This document shows, piece by piece, positions 34,201 through 50,031 of a stretch of 64,000 bases of DNA (position 1 is its first letter; each line of letters begins with the position of its first letter). A program made the translations under genes and the position numbers. Source of the stretch: the human T2T-CHM13v2.0 reference genome, Homo sapiens; assembly GCF_009914755.1 (NCBI RefSeq), contig NC_060943.1; one strand, written 5' to 3'. The notes beneath the pieces were generated by a model that was not told the origin of the DNA, did not search any database, and saw only the letters and a list, made by a program, of their open reading frames with translations.

Positions 34201-37200
34201 GAAGGAAATGTTACAGATTATTTCAATGCAGAATCCCAGTGCACCAATTACAGAGGGGGCCCAGAGAGGCTAAAGCTGGTGATAGGTGGATTTCTGAGAC
34301 AGCCTCTCAGCAAATGGGTGCAGAAGTAGGGTGTTGGGAGGATATCATCTGAGCTCAGCCAAGAGGCGGAAAGCATTCCAGACCTGTGTAACAACTTGCA
34401 CAAAAGCTTGGAGGTCTGAAACGCTGCCACAGCACTGGAGAACTGCACATCATTCTGTATCGTTGGAGTGTGAAATATTAAGGGGTGCAGAGCAGAAGAG
34501 AAAATGAACACCCTGCAGGGGACAGACCAGAAAGACCTTTGAAACCACCTAAGGGGTTTGAGCTTAGCTGTTGCTTTGTTGTATCTGTTTGCTTAGTGGC
34601 TAATGACATTCTTTCATCTGTTCTTTCCTCCATTCACTCCAGCAGCATTTAGTGAGCATGTGTGCGGTGCCCAGCTCTACAGAAGGAAGGAGTGCAGGGA
34701 GGATTCAGGGGAGGCTGGAGACCCGGCAGGGGCCGGAATCTGTAAGCTCCGCAGATCCACACAGCTCCCTTGAAAGCCATTCTGTTCCTTGTGCCCACGG
34801 GGGAGGAAGTGACCCACGGTGTTCAGACATCTTTGGGCCTGGGATGGAGAGATGAGGCCACCACAGCCTGTCACCTCAGCCAGAGTCAAATTAATGACAT
34901 GGATCATTGTCACTGAGGGCATGAACTTTTGAAATAATTGAAAGGAAACCTTGCCTGAGAGAGGAGTCCTAGGAAGACAGAAGTGAAAACAAAGCTGGAG
35001 ATAGACAGTGCTGGCAGCACCCACCTCTGATGCCCTCAGCCCAGCCATGTGGGGATGACAGGAATACATAGCTGCTAAGGCGAGTGATTTACGGAGCACA
35101 TACCAGGAGGGTCCAGGGTGGTGGCAAGATGCAAGCCATGAGCCAGGGCAGATCACCTACCCAGGCAGATGCTACCTGCAAACACAAATGTGGGCACAGA
35201 GAGGCCAGTGGAGGTGAAAAATCTCCTTCCCTGCTACCCAGGTGAGTGCCGGCAGAGCCACACGGCGGTCAGCCATGGCCTCTCCATCAGCTCCCTAATG
35301 AGCTTCCAGCCAGACAAGCTGAAAATAACAGGACCAGACCAAGTGAGAGCTGGGTCCCGTCAGGTCTTCAGCACATGCAGCCAACGTGCCCAGCCGAACA
35401 GCAGGCGCCACCAGTTCCTTTCTGTCAATGCAACAACCTCCAGGTGGGGGGGCCCTTCTCCCACCTCCCATGTGTGAACTGAGACCCCAGACCCTCACCC
35501 TGTGCCCAGCAACCCCAAGGCACAGAGAATTTTGTCTGTGTCTCCTGATTTCAAGGGAGAGGCAATAAGCTTTGATCCCTTAGTGCCTCTGGGATTTGAG
35601 GGTTACCTAACAGGCAGAAAGAAGTGAAAGACCCAGCAAGTAAGAGCGGGGCAGCTGGTGATTCCCAGAGTGGGTTCCAGGAGCACAGGCCTGGAGATGT
35701 TCCCTCCAAACAGGCTTCCCTGTTGACAGTAACACTGCGCATGTCACATTCATTCATGAGAAGAGTTCTGAGCCAAGGAAACAGGAGACACTCAGACCCT
35801 GAGGGGTGGAGGGATGCGGTACATCCAAGAAGTTCTGACCCATCAAAGAGTTGCTAGAAGGGCCCAAGAGTGTCTCACACCCTCCACTTGTCTAACTGGC
35901 TTCCACCCCTCCCACACCAGCAAGTACCCTTTTCCTGGTAGAAAAAAAAAAAGCAATTGAGACGATGCAGTTCACTGAGGCTTACTGGAAATGCATAACA
36001 AGGGTTTGTCCTCCTAGGTTGCTGATCAGGACTAAATGTTGCTGTCCCAAGAGCAATAGGTTCTCTATACTACAAGTTCTGCTTATGTGATGTCTCAGAC
36101 TGGGGTTAACCACCTCAGCTAATTAGTAGAAAGGCTTCCAGCCACCTACACATGACCTGTGATCCTGGAAGGAGAAAAACGTCTGCTGCTGAACCAAAGC
36201 TCCTTCACCCTTCTCATTGCCAAAAAACAGCTTCGCAGTCACATGGGAAATGTCTCTTTGGACTTAGGAACAATGGCCTCCAGCAGCATTTTGGAATCTC
36301 ACCCATCAGTAACTAGAGGAGCTTCTATAAATCTTTGTAGTGAGAAAAGTTATTGTAGCTTCAGAATTGGATAGCTAGGTTGGAAGCTGCAGTTTGGCCA
36401 CAACTGGCTGTGTGACCTGGGGGCAAGTTCCTCTCCAAGCCTGTTTTCTCATCTGCACAGTAGGACCATAGCTGGAGTTTACTGATTCCTGTTCCATTGC
36501 TCTGTGCTTACCAGAGCTCATATATCTTCTCTTCCATTTTGCTCCTATGTTTACTATTTTTGCTCCTGCGATGTATTGATAACTGGCCACCACATACCGG
36601 TTCCAAAGAGAATATTTGTGTGAGGGTTACTGTTGGCCTCATCTGGCAAAGCTTTACAAGGCTCCCCACTAGGCTGCAGGTCTTGTCTCCTCCCTGGTCA
36701 CCAATACAGGACATGGTCACCTGTGCATAAGACATTGGGCTGTGGGTGAGGCAGGCAGAGAAGCCATGTCCCAGAGGCTGTGCATGACGACTGGCCAGAT
36801 GCTTCTGTCTGGTTTGGGTGGTTTTCTTCCCTCCCTCACAGGACAGCTGGGGTAGACCATAGATCCCAAACCTCCCTACGCAGATTTCATCCTGAAACAT
36901 TTGCTTTCCAAGTAAAGCCTTAACATTCAAGAAGACAGCCCTCAGCTCAGAGCTGGCTCTCTGCCTGAATTTCCTGTTCTCTCCCTGTCGGTTTTCTGAG
37001 ATCCACGGCAGTTATTCTCAAAAAACCTCTGATTGTTCATTCTTCTCTCCACGCAAGTTCTGTGGTTCTAAAAGGGGTTTGGGAATTGGCAGCACGGTGA
37101 TACACTAATTCCTGATGGCCAGACCAAGTCACCTGCTAGGTTTGATCAGAAGAGCTCCACCTCCCATCCCAGCGCCCCAGGGTCTCCATGGCATCTGGGC

Positions 37201-39148
37201 ATCTTTTTCCTCTTGTGCCCTAGTTTCACTCTTGGAAACCTCCTCTCCATAAGTTAGACCTAAGCCTGTCAGTGTATCCCTGCTTTGGACCACAGAAATT
37301 TGCTCAGCAGTGGACGTATCACGCAACCAGAGCCCGTGCGACATAATGACCTTGTGCTGATACATATGATGGAATTTTAATAAGGGGTAGCAGCTGCCCT
37401 GCCTTGCCCTTAGAGCATCTCCTTAAAAGCACAACAGGTAGGCCAGACCCTAGAGTCAGGAGTTAGATTTTACAATGCAAGGTCTCCAGTCTCCAGATTT
37501 CACAACACAAGGTCACAGGCCTTCTGACCCTGGGACTGTAGGCACAGGCCTCGGAAATTGACTCAGCGGTCTCTCGGGAGGTGTGCAGAAGGCTGTTACA
37601 AGGCACATCCATTCGTCTCTCAAGGAGGGAAGAGTGGGCTTCATTTTTCTTCTACTTTGCTGTAGAAAGTGTGTGAAATTCAGCCCAGATTGTGTAGAGT
37701 CTCCTGCAGGCTCCTCGCATGTGTGTATCTAATATGCATATTCAGGAATAAATCACGTTTCCTGCCTCATCTATATGGGTATGAGGGGAGAGGAGTCTTT
37801 TTGTTGGCAAGACTTTTTATTTCTCCAACAGCCCCGTTGCTGGAAATGCTGGCATTGAGTCTCTCACTCTCCTCCAGATTTAAAGCTGGAGAAACGTGCT
37901 GCAGCCATTTCTCTGCCCTTAGGGAAGAGGCTGCCTGAGAACAAGGCCAACTCCAAGGAACTGGGCCAACAACCTGGGAAGAAGGAAGAGGATCGGGATG
38001 ACTTAACCCCAATCCCTGGGTCCAGCCGTGCCTGTCTCTGGATTTTGCCATTGTACAAGCTGAAATGTTCCCTTTTCACTTAAGTAAATTGGGTACAGTT
38101 TCCTAGCTCTTGCAAGAGAAAGCACCCTCACTGGCTTAATGCCCAAGTATAAGCATCTTAAATGCTTGTCTAAATCTTGAAACGCAGCTGTGGTGTAATA
38201 TACTTCTGAGTCAGAAGGGCTATTTAGGCACAGCCTTTCGCTCTTGCCAGAGCCCCTTACATGACGCTGTCACTGGATAGCGGCTCAGCCCATGCGTGCT
38301 CACACCCAGTGTGGAAATTCGCTGCCGCTAAGGCAACCCACTCTCTCTCCACACAGCTCTACCTACCAAGAGGCCCTTACTCATCCCCCACTCCAATGCT
38401 TCTCCCTCAAGCCATTGGTTGGCCCCCCAGAGAACAAGTGTGGACCTTTTTTCCTTAAGGGCCCTCTCAATCAAAGTCAGCTGTCATGTCTCTGCAAGAC
38501 AGTATGCTCCCCTCTAGGCTCAATTTCTTGTCACTTATGCGCCTGATACACAGTCATTTCCTACTTAAAATCAAATCAATAAGTGAGTAGTGCTTCCTTT
38601 AATGAGGGCTAAAGAACAGAAATCCAGTTTTACCTCATTATGGAGCTGATGGCCTCAGCATCCTACAAGCGCATCAGAACTCTGCCTGGCTTCTCGACAG
38701 GCAATTACCTGGAACACCAGGTTCAAGGATGGAGTGGAAGATGATGGAAGAGTGTGTTTTTGTGAGGAGGCCAGAAGACACTCATATTCGTTACAGCCCC
38801 AGGCACAGAGAGGTTCTCCGGTCCAGTCCTGCAGGTGAACTAAAGATGCCTCCAGGGGCTGTGCTGAAAATGGACCAGCTTGGGCCCAGCTTCTCTGTGC
38901 CTCTTCCTAGTAAAGAGGAAGAAGAAATCAAAAGGTGTTAACTGATGGAGAACACAAGCTTTGGAGTCAGGGAGGCTCTATTTACTTTCCAACTCTGCCT
39001 CTTCCTGTTTGAACTGGAGCGAGATACTTCCCTGTATCCTCTTCCTCAGCAGGGAAAATGACCACCTGTCTCAGGTGTGTAGATATCTAAGTCCTCAGAC
39101 CCATATGTGAGGACATACTAGTGGCAGTTGTTACAATAATATGATTAT

Positions 39149-39440
39149 GGCCAGGCATGCTGGCTCATGCCTGTAATCCCAGCACTTCGGCAGGCCAAGG
39201 CGGGCTGATCATTTGAGTCCAGGAGTTAGAGACCAGCCTGGCCAACATGGTGAAACCTCTGTCTCTACTGAAAATACAAAAATTAGCCAGGCATGGTGGT
39301 ACATGCCTGTAATCCCAGCTACTAGGGAGGCTTGGGCGGAGAGTCTCTTGAACCCGGGAGGCAGAGCTTCCAGTGAGATCACGCCACTACACTCTGGCCT
39401 GGGTGACAGAGTGAGACTCCGTCTCAAAAAAAAATAATAA
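39149..39440 (+). mobile_element. Alu (AluS-like)
   Basis: Full dimer. Confidence 0.92.
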
Positions 39441-40478
39441 TTTTTAAAAATTTACAATTATTTCTGACTTTTTGAAGCTTCTGGCCTAGTGGTGTCCCCC
39501 TTGTCGAGTGAGTCTGCTGGTTCCCCTGTGAATGAAGTGCTACTGGCAATTCAAACGGCTTGCCTGCCGAAGCTCTTTACGTCCCTCCAAAGTCACATGC
39601 TGATCAGATTATTTTATTAAAGAACAGAGTTATTGCAAAGGAGTGCAGCTATTCACAGAACACAGGAAAGCAAGCAGCCGGACCCCAGCTTCTCCCTTAG
39701 TTGGCTTGAAAGTTCGAGTGCCAGTCTTCCTCCCAGCGGGGTGCACTGTGTGGGGGCCCAAGAAGCGTCCTGCCAGGAAGTGAGAACTGCAGGTGAGTTC
39801 CTGGGAGCTGAGGCTTTGGGGAGCTCTGGCTCTTCCTGCCTCACTGTCCACAATCCTTGGGCTAATTCTGGATGGCAGAGTAGGGTCAAGAATGCTAGCA
39901 TCAAACCTTCCCTAATGTGGGCAGTTGAAGGGAGGTCAGGAGTGACAGGAAGTGAAGTCAGCAATGCTGAGCATCACCTAGGCAAGAAACAGGGAGGCCT
40001 TGTAGAAACTGTTTGGTGCTGCAAACCTGTGCCCCACTGAGGCATTATGGCTCCTCCTCCACGTGGAGTGTCTTCTCTGAGAGTGCCTCAAGGTGCGAGG
40101 GGCAGTGGGAAGATTGCAGAGTCCCAGGTCTGCTGCTTATTAACCTCGAGACTTCAGCAGTCACCGCACAGCTTCCAGACCTCGGGTGCCCACTTGTGAA
40201 ATGGGAAAGCTGGGCTAGGCCAGTCATTCACATTTTGTGGCTATCGGCCAGGTCCCTGGTGCCCAGGCATGCAGCCACCTGCCGAGGGTGAGCTGGCACA
40301 CAGGCAGCACCTGTTTCTGTACCTGACAGGGAGTGTCTCAACAGCAGATGACTCCAAAGTCAAGGCCCGTAGAGTCAACTCAGATTTTGATATGACTGCT
40401 CGGTCCCCAGAGCACTTTAGAAGAGTGATTTGGATAGGTCTATGGATGGACAAATGAAAATATCTGAGAAAGATGCTA

Positions 40479-40825
<347 letters not shown>

Positions 40826-41526
40826 TTAGCAGGACCATTGATAACAGCAATACCTCTGTTTTGAAGAGTATAACCATAATGGAGGCTTCCAGGACTGAAG
40901 CTGAAGAAGAGCTTTCCAACACCAGTTGATAGACTACTGGGTAATGTCATAGTTAATGTTGCTAGAGTGGCCATTAAAATAACATAATTATGCTAAGTAG
41001 TTTGAAAAAAAGGAGAGAGAGAGTACAATGGAACACACTTGTGACATGAACTCTGGGTAATTGTGCTGAGATAATTTATGCCAATAACTCCTCGCAAACC
41101 CCCGTCAAGTTGAATGACTGTCTGCTGAGGGTCTCGCCCATTAGGTAATTTGATGGCTGGTTTAAAAAGAAAAGTGATAGGATAGGATTGTGTCTGGGCT
41201 AAATACAAGGTGAGGCTGAAGGGGGCAAAGTGCAAAACACCAATCAGCTGTGTTCTCATGTCAGATCAGGCCTGGCTAACACATTTTGGAACTGTTATAG
41301 AACGAGGATCTACCCCTGCGGTTTTCTAGAACATAGCTTGGGTTTTCTCCTGGTCACCTCAAGTTCTTCCCTTCAAAATCAAATGCCTTAGAGGTGCCAC
41401 AAGGGCTGACTGGTTCAATGAGTTGTGCAGACTGTTCCATGGGCAGCTTTTTCTCCCTTAGTATATCAAGAGAATTCTCACAGTGAACTATTTTGTACAG
41501 GGGATAACTTTCATTAAGAAAAGCAC

Positions 41527-41880
<354 letters not shown>

Positions 41881-42744
41881 AATATAAAGATTCGTTTGTA
41901 TGAAAAAAATGCCAGAATAACATACAGGGAAATGGTAAGAATGTTTATCTTTGGGTAAGATTTTTGGTAGTTTTTCTGTGTACTTTTCTGTGCTTTCAAG
42001 GTTCATTATGTTTGAATTAGAAAAGCTATTTAAAATGTCATCTTTCTTGAAGTTTTCTACACTTAATCTCTATCATAACTCTATCTTCTCCCACAACTGT
42101 GAAGAGTTTAATTCTCAATAAAAGAAAAATATTAGATCTTAAATGATCTTCCCTTGTTCCACCCTCAAATCAATCACTGATCAATTTCCCAGCTCCTTCT
42201 CAAGTTCAGTAAATAAAAGGAAACTGTCCAAAGGTAAAGTGCCCGCCATCTGCATCAACAGCCTTTACTGCTGGAATGTTCCACCCTTTCACTAGTCTAC
42301 CCTCTCATTGTGTTCCTTCCTCCCCCAGGAAGTGCCAGTTCCTCAGCACAGCCCTGCAGCATTTCCTGGCAGCTCTGCCAGCCTCCTTACCTCACACTGC
42401 TATGAGAGCCACACCATTTCTCATCGATACTGCTTTCTACCCACCCACTCAACTCAGCAGTGAGCTCTCTCTTCCAGGAAAAACCATCTCATCCAAGTAA
42501 GTAGTGAGGGCAAATGACAAATACACCCTTTTCCTTAAAGAATGTGATTCACACGGGTCATCACGCTGAGCATCATCGACTCCTGGAATGCAATAGTGAT
42601 GGTGGTAGCTGGAAGGATGGTATTAAGACTTACCTTTGGCCCTCTGCCTCCTGGTTTTCTTACACTATAATCTTTATAATCCATAATATCCTGTCCATCA
42701 AACAACCTGCAACCCTTTTCTAAGAATCTGAAAGTCACTTCTCT

Positions 42745-43047
42745 GGCCGGGCGCGGTGTCTCACGCCTGTAATACTAGCACTTTGGGAGGCTGAGGTGGG
42801 CAGATCATTTGAGGTCGGAGTTCCAGACCAGCCTTGCCAATATGGTGAAACGCTGTCTCTACTAAAAATACAAAAATTAGCCAGGCATAGTGGTGGGCGC
42901 CTGTAATCCCAGCTACTCGGGGGACTAAGGCATGAGAATCGATTGAATCCGGGAGGCAGATGCTGCAGTGAGCCAAGATCGAGCCACTGTAATCCAGCCT
43001 GGGCAACAGAGTGAGACTCCGCCTCAAAAAATAAAAATAAAATAAAA
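42745..43047 (+). mobile_element. Alu (AluS-like)
   Basis: TSD AAAGT(C/G)ACTTCTCT. Confidence 0.93.
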
Positions 43048-43309
43048 AGTGACTTCTCTGCTTCTTCCAAAGCAAGAGAGAGTCCCCACTGGTCACTGGA
43101 TAAACTTGTGTGTTTCCGAGCGTTTTGGATCAGATTTATTGGCACTTACTGGAAGCAAAAAAGAGCCTGGAGATAGCTCTATTTTATTTCCATGATACCT
43201 AGTCCCCAGTTATATGACAACTCTAGACTGAGCCCAGCATGTAGAAGCCAGAAACTCATTGAGGTTTTTTTATCCAAATTATTTGCTATAAACATGAGCT
43301 TCCTTTAGG

Positions 43310-43680
43310 CCAGAGATTCACAAATTTGGCTTCACATTAGAATTGGTTGGGGGCTATAAAAAATCTCCATGCCCAGGTTGTTTCCATCCCATTTAAATCG
43401 GTTTAAACAACGATTAATGCCTGGAGGTGGGTCCAGGCATAGTTTTTAAAGCTTAACAGTTGATTGCAACGTCTACCAAGTTTGAAACACTGGCCCGAGG
43501 CTGTGGTTTTCAATGATGCCTGAACATTGGAATCACCTGGAGATGTTTTAAAAGTTCTGACTGGCAGGAATGCCTGAGACTAATTAAGTAGCAGGCTCTG
43601 GGAGTGGATCAGGTGTCAGTGGTTTTTGAAGATCCTCAGATGATGCTAATGAGCAAACAAATTTGAGAACCGCTCCCCTA
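43310..43680. mobile_element. MER5-family DNA transposon fragments
   Basis: CATTGGAATCACCTGGAG; AAGTTTGAAACACTG; AATTTGAGAACCGCT. Confidence 0.6.
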
Positions 43681-44291
43681 GACAAATCCCTTCATGAAAA
43701 GCACAAGGAAACCTCTTGGTGGTGTCCCTCACTTCCTGAAAATAGTAAAATTGGCTCCTTCCCTCAGACTACCTTCCCTGCCTATTAGCAAATGTCCATT
43801 CTTCCCATTGAGCCCATTGAACTTACTTCCTCCAGAGCAATTCATATTCAATGTCGTCCACTCTCACCTTCTGCAAGTAAATAACTTCCCATCCCACATG
43901 GCTCTGCCTCTCTCTATGGCTCTGTAATTCCTGCAATCTTTCCTGGCAACTGGACTGTTTTTGGCAAACACACAGACAGATACACAGCCTAGAGAGAATG
44001 TCACACTTTGACACTTGAGACTTGTTCATCTTGGAAAGGTGCAATAAATATCTGACAATAATGTAAAGGAAGAACACGTGCTAAATATATATATCCTTAC
44101 CTGGGCAGGCAGCAGAGTGAAGAAGGGGGCGGGGAAAGGGGGCTTCAATTGGATAGGTAATATTTTATTCTTGAAAATCTGAAGCAAAATTTAACAAACT
44201 GTTAGCATTTGTTAAATTTGAATGGTAGGTTCATGGGTGTTTATCATTCTTGTGCTTTTTTGTATGCTTGAAATATTTCATTAAAAATTTA

Positions 44292-44630
<339 letters not shown>

Positions 44631-45789
44631 CTATACACAGAGGATATTTATCCTACACACCAGTTACAGACAATAGAAGCAAGTTTACTGTTTCAATTTT
44701 CAACAGCGTTGGGATTTGTTTTTGTTTTTAGTGAGTTGAGTGGTTCTAGATTGGCATTGAACAATGTGGTAGCCACTGTTCATGTGTGTGGCTGTTTGAA
44801 TTAACACTAAAATAACATGTAAAATTCATTTATTCAGATGCACTAGCCATGTTTCAACTGCTCAATACTGGCACGGATTGTAGAACATTTCCTTCATTAC
44901 AGACAGTTCTATTGGATAGCTCTGGTCTAGATAATACATAATTACGTAACAAGATGCAAATGACTTTTCTACAATTAGTCTCCTGCTTCCCTTTGTATTG
45001 GCTTGAACTAAAGCCATCTGTGACTTAGAAGTTATGAGTGACACAAGTAAATAAATGGTAAGTCTATTGTTTTTAGTCTTTCTGGAAAACATTTACTAAA
45101 CTCAAAATCACTGAACCCACATATCAAGAACTGCACATTTATAGCACTTTTGTGTATAGATGGATATCTAGGGCTAATATACAAAGCCTTGACCACTGAC
45201 AAATACTGGGAAGTAGCTGTCTAATATTAATTAATAGGCGGGACCAACTGATGTTCAAAGTTGTCAGTAGGTCAGTTCAAATAGTAGGTCAGGAAGAATG
45301 TCTGCCCAGATAGTCAGGACAATATAATTTCAAGCTTTTCAAATTACCAAACGAAACAGGTTGCTACAGCAGGTAAAATAACACTAAATCTGTGGAAAGA
45401 AAAGCCCTACTTCCCACCTGCCCCCAACCCTGCGCTCCTGCTCCATTCTAACAGCACAGCCACGCACGTTCACACTCTGCTCATGCCAACGTAGTAAAGC
45501 AGCAATATAGACATACAGGGCATTTTTGTTTTTTACCAAAGAGAACTATGTTACACACTTCGCCATTTGAGCTTTTTCACTTAGCAATATGTCATAGTAG
45601 ACCTCCTTATGCGTCTGTAGATATGAATAGAACTTTTTCCCCAATCTCTTTCTGCATATGCATTGAAATTCATACACATATATTCCACATACATAGATAT
45701 ATATTTCTGAACATATACTTATATATGTACACATTATATAATTTTATAAAATTATACAGTATAGTTTTTTGTAATTTTTATAATTTTCT

Positions 45790-45928
45790 TGTAAAATTAG
45801 TCTGTATAAGCATATATTCATAAATATATTCATATATATATGAATATACCATTCATAAATATATTCATATAGATACATATATATATACACACATATATAT
45901 ACATATATATACATATATATATACACAC

Positions 45929-46001
<73 letters not shown>

Positions 46002-46015
46002 CACACCAATATACC
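45790..46015. repeat. Compound (TA)n/(CA)n microsatellite
   Basis: Directly visible TA/CA repeats. Confidence 0.93.
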
Positions 46016-46156
46016 ATTCATGCCGGGCAGGGGCAGGAGGCAGGCAGCGGTGTTTTCATGCATTTTCTGTGATAGCTAGCTTGCGTCTATGTACCTACTC
46101 TCTTCCCTGGCCCTTCCCCCACCAGAACCATCTCAATCCCAGATCATTTACGTTAG

Positions 46157-46517
<361 letters not shown>

Positions 46518-46595
46518 TACAACAACTTCTTATTGTTCCCTTTATGTCATTGTCACTTAGTTTGGGACCACTGTAATTTCACCAAAGCAAACATC

Positions 46596-46893
46596 TTTTT
46601 TTTTTTTTTTTTGAGATGGAGTCTCACTCTGTCGTCCAGGCTGGAGTGCAGTGGCACAATCTCTGCACACTGCAAGCTTCGCCTCCCAGGTTAACGCCAT
46701 TCTCCTGCCTCAGCCTCCCAAGTAGCTGAGGCTACAGGTGCCCGCCACCACACCTGGCTAATTTTTTGTATTTTTAGTAGAGACGGGGTTTCGCTGTGTT
46801 AGCCAGGACGGTCTCGATCTCCTGACCTCGTGATCTGCCCGCCTCAGCCTCCCAAAGTGCTGGGATTACAGGCGTGAGCCACCACGCCCGGCC
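46596..46893 (-). mobile_element. Alu (AluY-like)
   Basis: AluY-type diagnostics (TGCAAGCT.CGCC, CGCCATTCTCC, GACCTCGTGATC); TSD CAAACATCTTTTT. Confidence 0.9.
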
Positions 46894-46914
46894 ACAAACA
46901 TCTTTTTACATTCA

Positions 46915-47997
46915 TATTGGGGGAAATTTGGCCAGTTATCAGGCAAAATTCACCCCCAATATTTCACGTAGTTTCTTTTCTATTTTCCCTAAGCATTGGA
47001 TGGTTTGAGAAATAAAGAGACAGAGTACAAAAGAGAGAAATTTTAAAGCTGTGCATCCAGCTGAGACATCACATGTCGGTAGGTTCTGTGACGCCCCCTG
47101 AGCCGTAAAACCAGCAAGTTTTTATTAGGGATTTTCAAAAGGGGAGGGAGTGTATGAATAGGGTGTGGGTCACAGAGATCACGTGCTTCACAAGGTAATA
47201 GAATATCACAAGGCAAATGGAGGCAGGGCGAGATCACAGGACCACAGGACCACAGGACTGGGGCAAAATTAAAATTGCTAATGAAGTTTCAGGCACCATT
47301 GTCATTGATAACATCTTATCAGGAGACAGGGTCTGACCAAAAATTTATTAGGTGGGAATTTCCTTGTCCTAATAAGCCTGGGAGTGCTATGAGAGACTGG
47401 GGCTTATTTCATCCCTACAGTTTCGACCATAGAAGACGGCCACACCCAAGGGGGCCATTTTAGAGGCCCACCCTCAGAGGTGCATTCTCTTTCTCAGGGA
47501 TGTTCCTTGCTGAGAAAAGGAATTCAGTGATATTTCTCCCATTTGCTTTTGAAAGAAGAGAAATATGGCTCTGTTCCACCTGGCTCACCGGCAGTCAGAG
47601 TTTATCTCTCTTGTTCCCTAAACATTGCTGTTATCCTGTTCTTTTTTCAAGGTGCCCATATTTCATATTGTTCAAACACACATGCTCTACAATTTGTGCA
47701 GTTAACGCGATCATCACGGGGTCCTGAGGTGACACACATCCTCCTCAGTTTACGAGATGACAGGATTAAGAGATTAAAGTAAAGACAGGCATAGGAAATC
47801 ACAAGGGTATTGATTGGGGAAGTGATAAGTGTCCATGAAATCTTCACAATTTACGTTCAGAGATTGCAGTAAAGACAGGCATAAGAAATTATAAAAGTAT
47901 TAATTCGGGGAAATGTCCATGAAATCTTCACAATCCATGTTCTTCTGCCATGGCTTCAGCCGGTCCCTCCGTTCGGGGTCCCTGACTTCCCGCAACA
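46915..47997 (-). mobile_element. MER11 solo LTR (HERV-K11/HML-8)
   Basis: Minus strand starts TGTTGCGGGAAGTCAGGGACCCCGAACGGAGGGACCGGCTGAAGCCATGGCAGAAGAAC; 1,083 bp; 6-bp TSD CATTCA at 46909-46914 and 47998-48003. Confidence 0.92.
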
Positions 47998-48525
47998 CAT
48001 TCACTTTTCCAGACTTCTGTTTTTATTTCTATGGAGAGTGTCAGAAGAGGAACTGCTGGGCCAATGGGAGTTTATTTTTCTTTGTTTTTGGAAAACAGTC
48101 TGGAGAAGTGCATTAAAACTTTCTCCTATTTATGCCAGCAATGTGCAAGAGTATCATTCTCTCACACTTGTTCAACAGCAAAAGATGCTGTTACTCTTGG
48201 AAGTTCTGCCCATCTGATGGATGTAAAGTGACACCTCATTGCCATTGTGTTGACTTTGACAATGACAAGATCTCATACCTACTCATCTATTAGGCACTCA
48301 GATTCACTTTTTTCTAATGAGGGTATTTCACCTACATTTTTTCCTACAGTTTTGTCCTTTTCTTGTCAATTTATAAGATCTCTCTATGTATGTTATAGAT
48401 ACCAACTCTTCATTGGGCTTAGAATTTTTATTTTACAAATCTATTTTCATCTGATTTGACTAGTATCTTTTGAAATTCAAGATTTTAAAAAATACAAATA
48501 GGCCTATCTTTTCTGCTATAGGTTC

Positions 48526-48848
48526 TGTTTGTTTTGTTTTTTGTTTGTTTGGTTTTTTTGAGATGGAGTCTCACTCTGTCACCCAGGCTGGAGGGCAGTG
48601 GCGCCATCTCGGCTCACTACAACCTCCACCTCCTGGGTTCAAGCAATTCTCTGCCTCAGCCTCCCGAGTAGCTGGGATTACAGGCATCCTCTGCCACGCC
48701 CAGCTAATTTTTTTTTTATTTTATTTTTAGTAGAGATGAGGTTTCACCATGTTGGCCAGACTGGTCTTGAACTCTTGACTTCAGGTGATCCACTGGCCTC
48801 AGCCTCCCAAAGTGCTGGGATTACAGGTGTGAGCCACCATGCCTGGCC
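48526..48848 (-). mobile_element. Alu (AluS-like) within an old antisense L1M
   Basis: Antisense dimer; TSD TCTGCTATAGGTT. Confidence 0.92.
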
Positions 48849-49488
48849 TCTGCTATAGGTTTTAAGTGTCCTTCCATGATTAAGAAGGTCCTCTCCCCAT
48901 TTAAACTACATGTACAGTTCCTAAAATTTTTCCTTAAAAATTTTTTTTACATGCATCTTTAATCCCACTAGAGTTTATTTTTAAGCATGATAGGAGCTGG
49001 GGTCCATCTCTGTTTTCTTCCAAATGAATAGTAGGCGTTGCCAGCACTGTTTATTAAATAAACCAATCTTCTCCCACTGAATTGAATCCTGTCTTTCTTG
49101 TATTAAATTCTTGTAGCTTGAAATCTCATTCTTGATAGTCTATTTTGTCCACTGACCCATCTGTCCTCATGCCAATGTCATATTAACTACAATAATTACA
49201 CTGTAGTTTCTCAAATCTTTATTCTTCTGTTTCATACTTTCCTTGGATATTTTTGGATATTTATTTTATATAAGCTTTATGATCATTTTATCCTAAACAA
49301 ATTGGATCAAAACAAAATGCTGTATAGAGTCTAATTGGAAGTTTATTATTAATAAATGTATGTTAATTTGAGGAAAAGACTTTTTTTTTTAAGTGAAAGC
49401 AAAGCAAGCTTATTAGAACAACAGAATACAGAAAAATGTCTGCTCCATAGACAGGGCAGGGTACCCCACAGGCAGAGTACCTGGAAAA

Positions 49489-49740
49489 TTTTTTTTTTTT
49501 TTTTTTTTGAGACAGAGTCTCGCTCTGTTGCCCAGGCTGGAGTGCAGTGGCACGATCTTGGCCCATTGCAACCTCTGTCTCCTGGGTTCAAGCAATTCTC
49601 CTGCCTTAGCCTCCTGTGTAGCTGAGATTACAGCCACCCACCACCAAGCCCAACTAATTTTTGTATTTTTAGTAGAGACAGGGTTTCACCATGTTGCCCA
49701 GGCTGGTCTCGAACCTCTGACCTCAAGTGATCTGCCCTCC

Positions 49741-49742
<2 letters not shown>
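49489..49742 (-). mobile_element. Alu, 5'-truncated (left member of inverted pair)
   Basis: Poly(T) plus antisense Alu ending at GTGATCTGCCCTCCTC. Confidence 0.92.

Positions 49743-50031
<289 letters not shown>

Noticed and set aside
32892-40460. Cluster of 90-160-aa ORFs in the GC-richer middle region
   Set aside because: No recognisable domains, overlapping frames on both strands, and no coherent splice pattern; consistent with chance ORFs. A lncRNA cannot be excluded from sequence alone.
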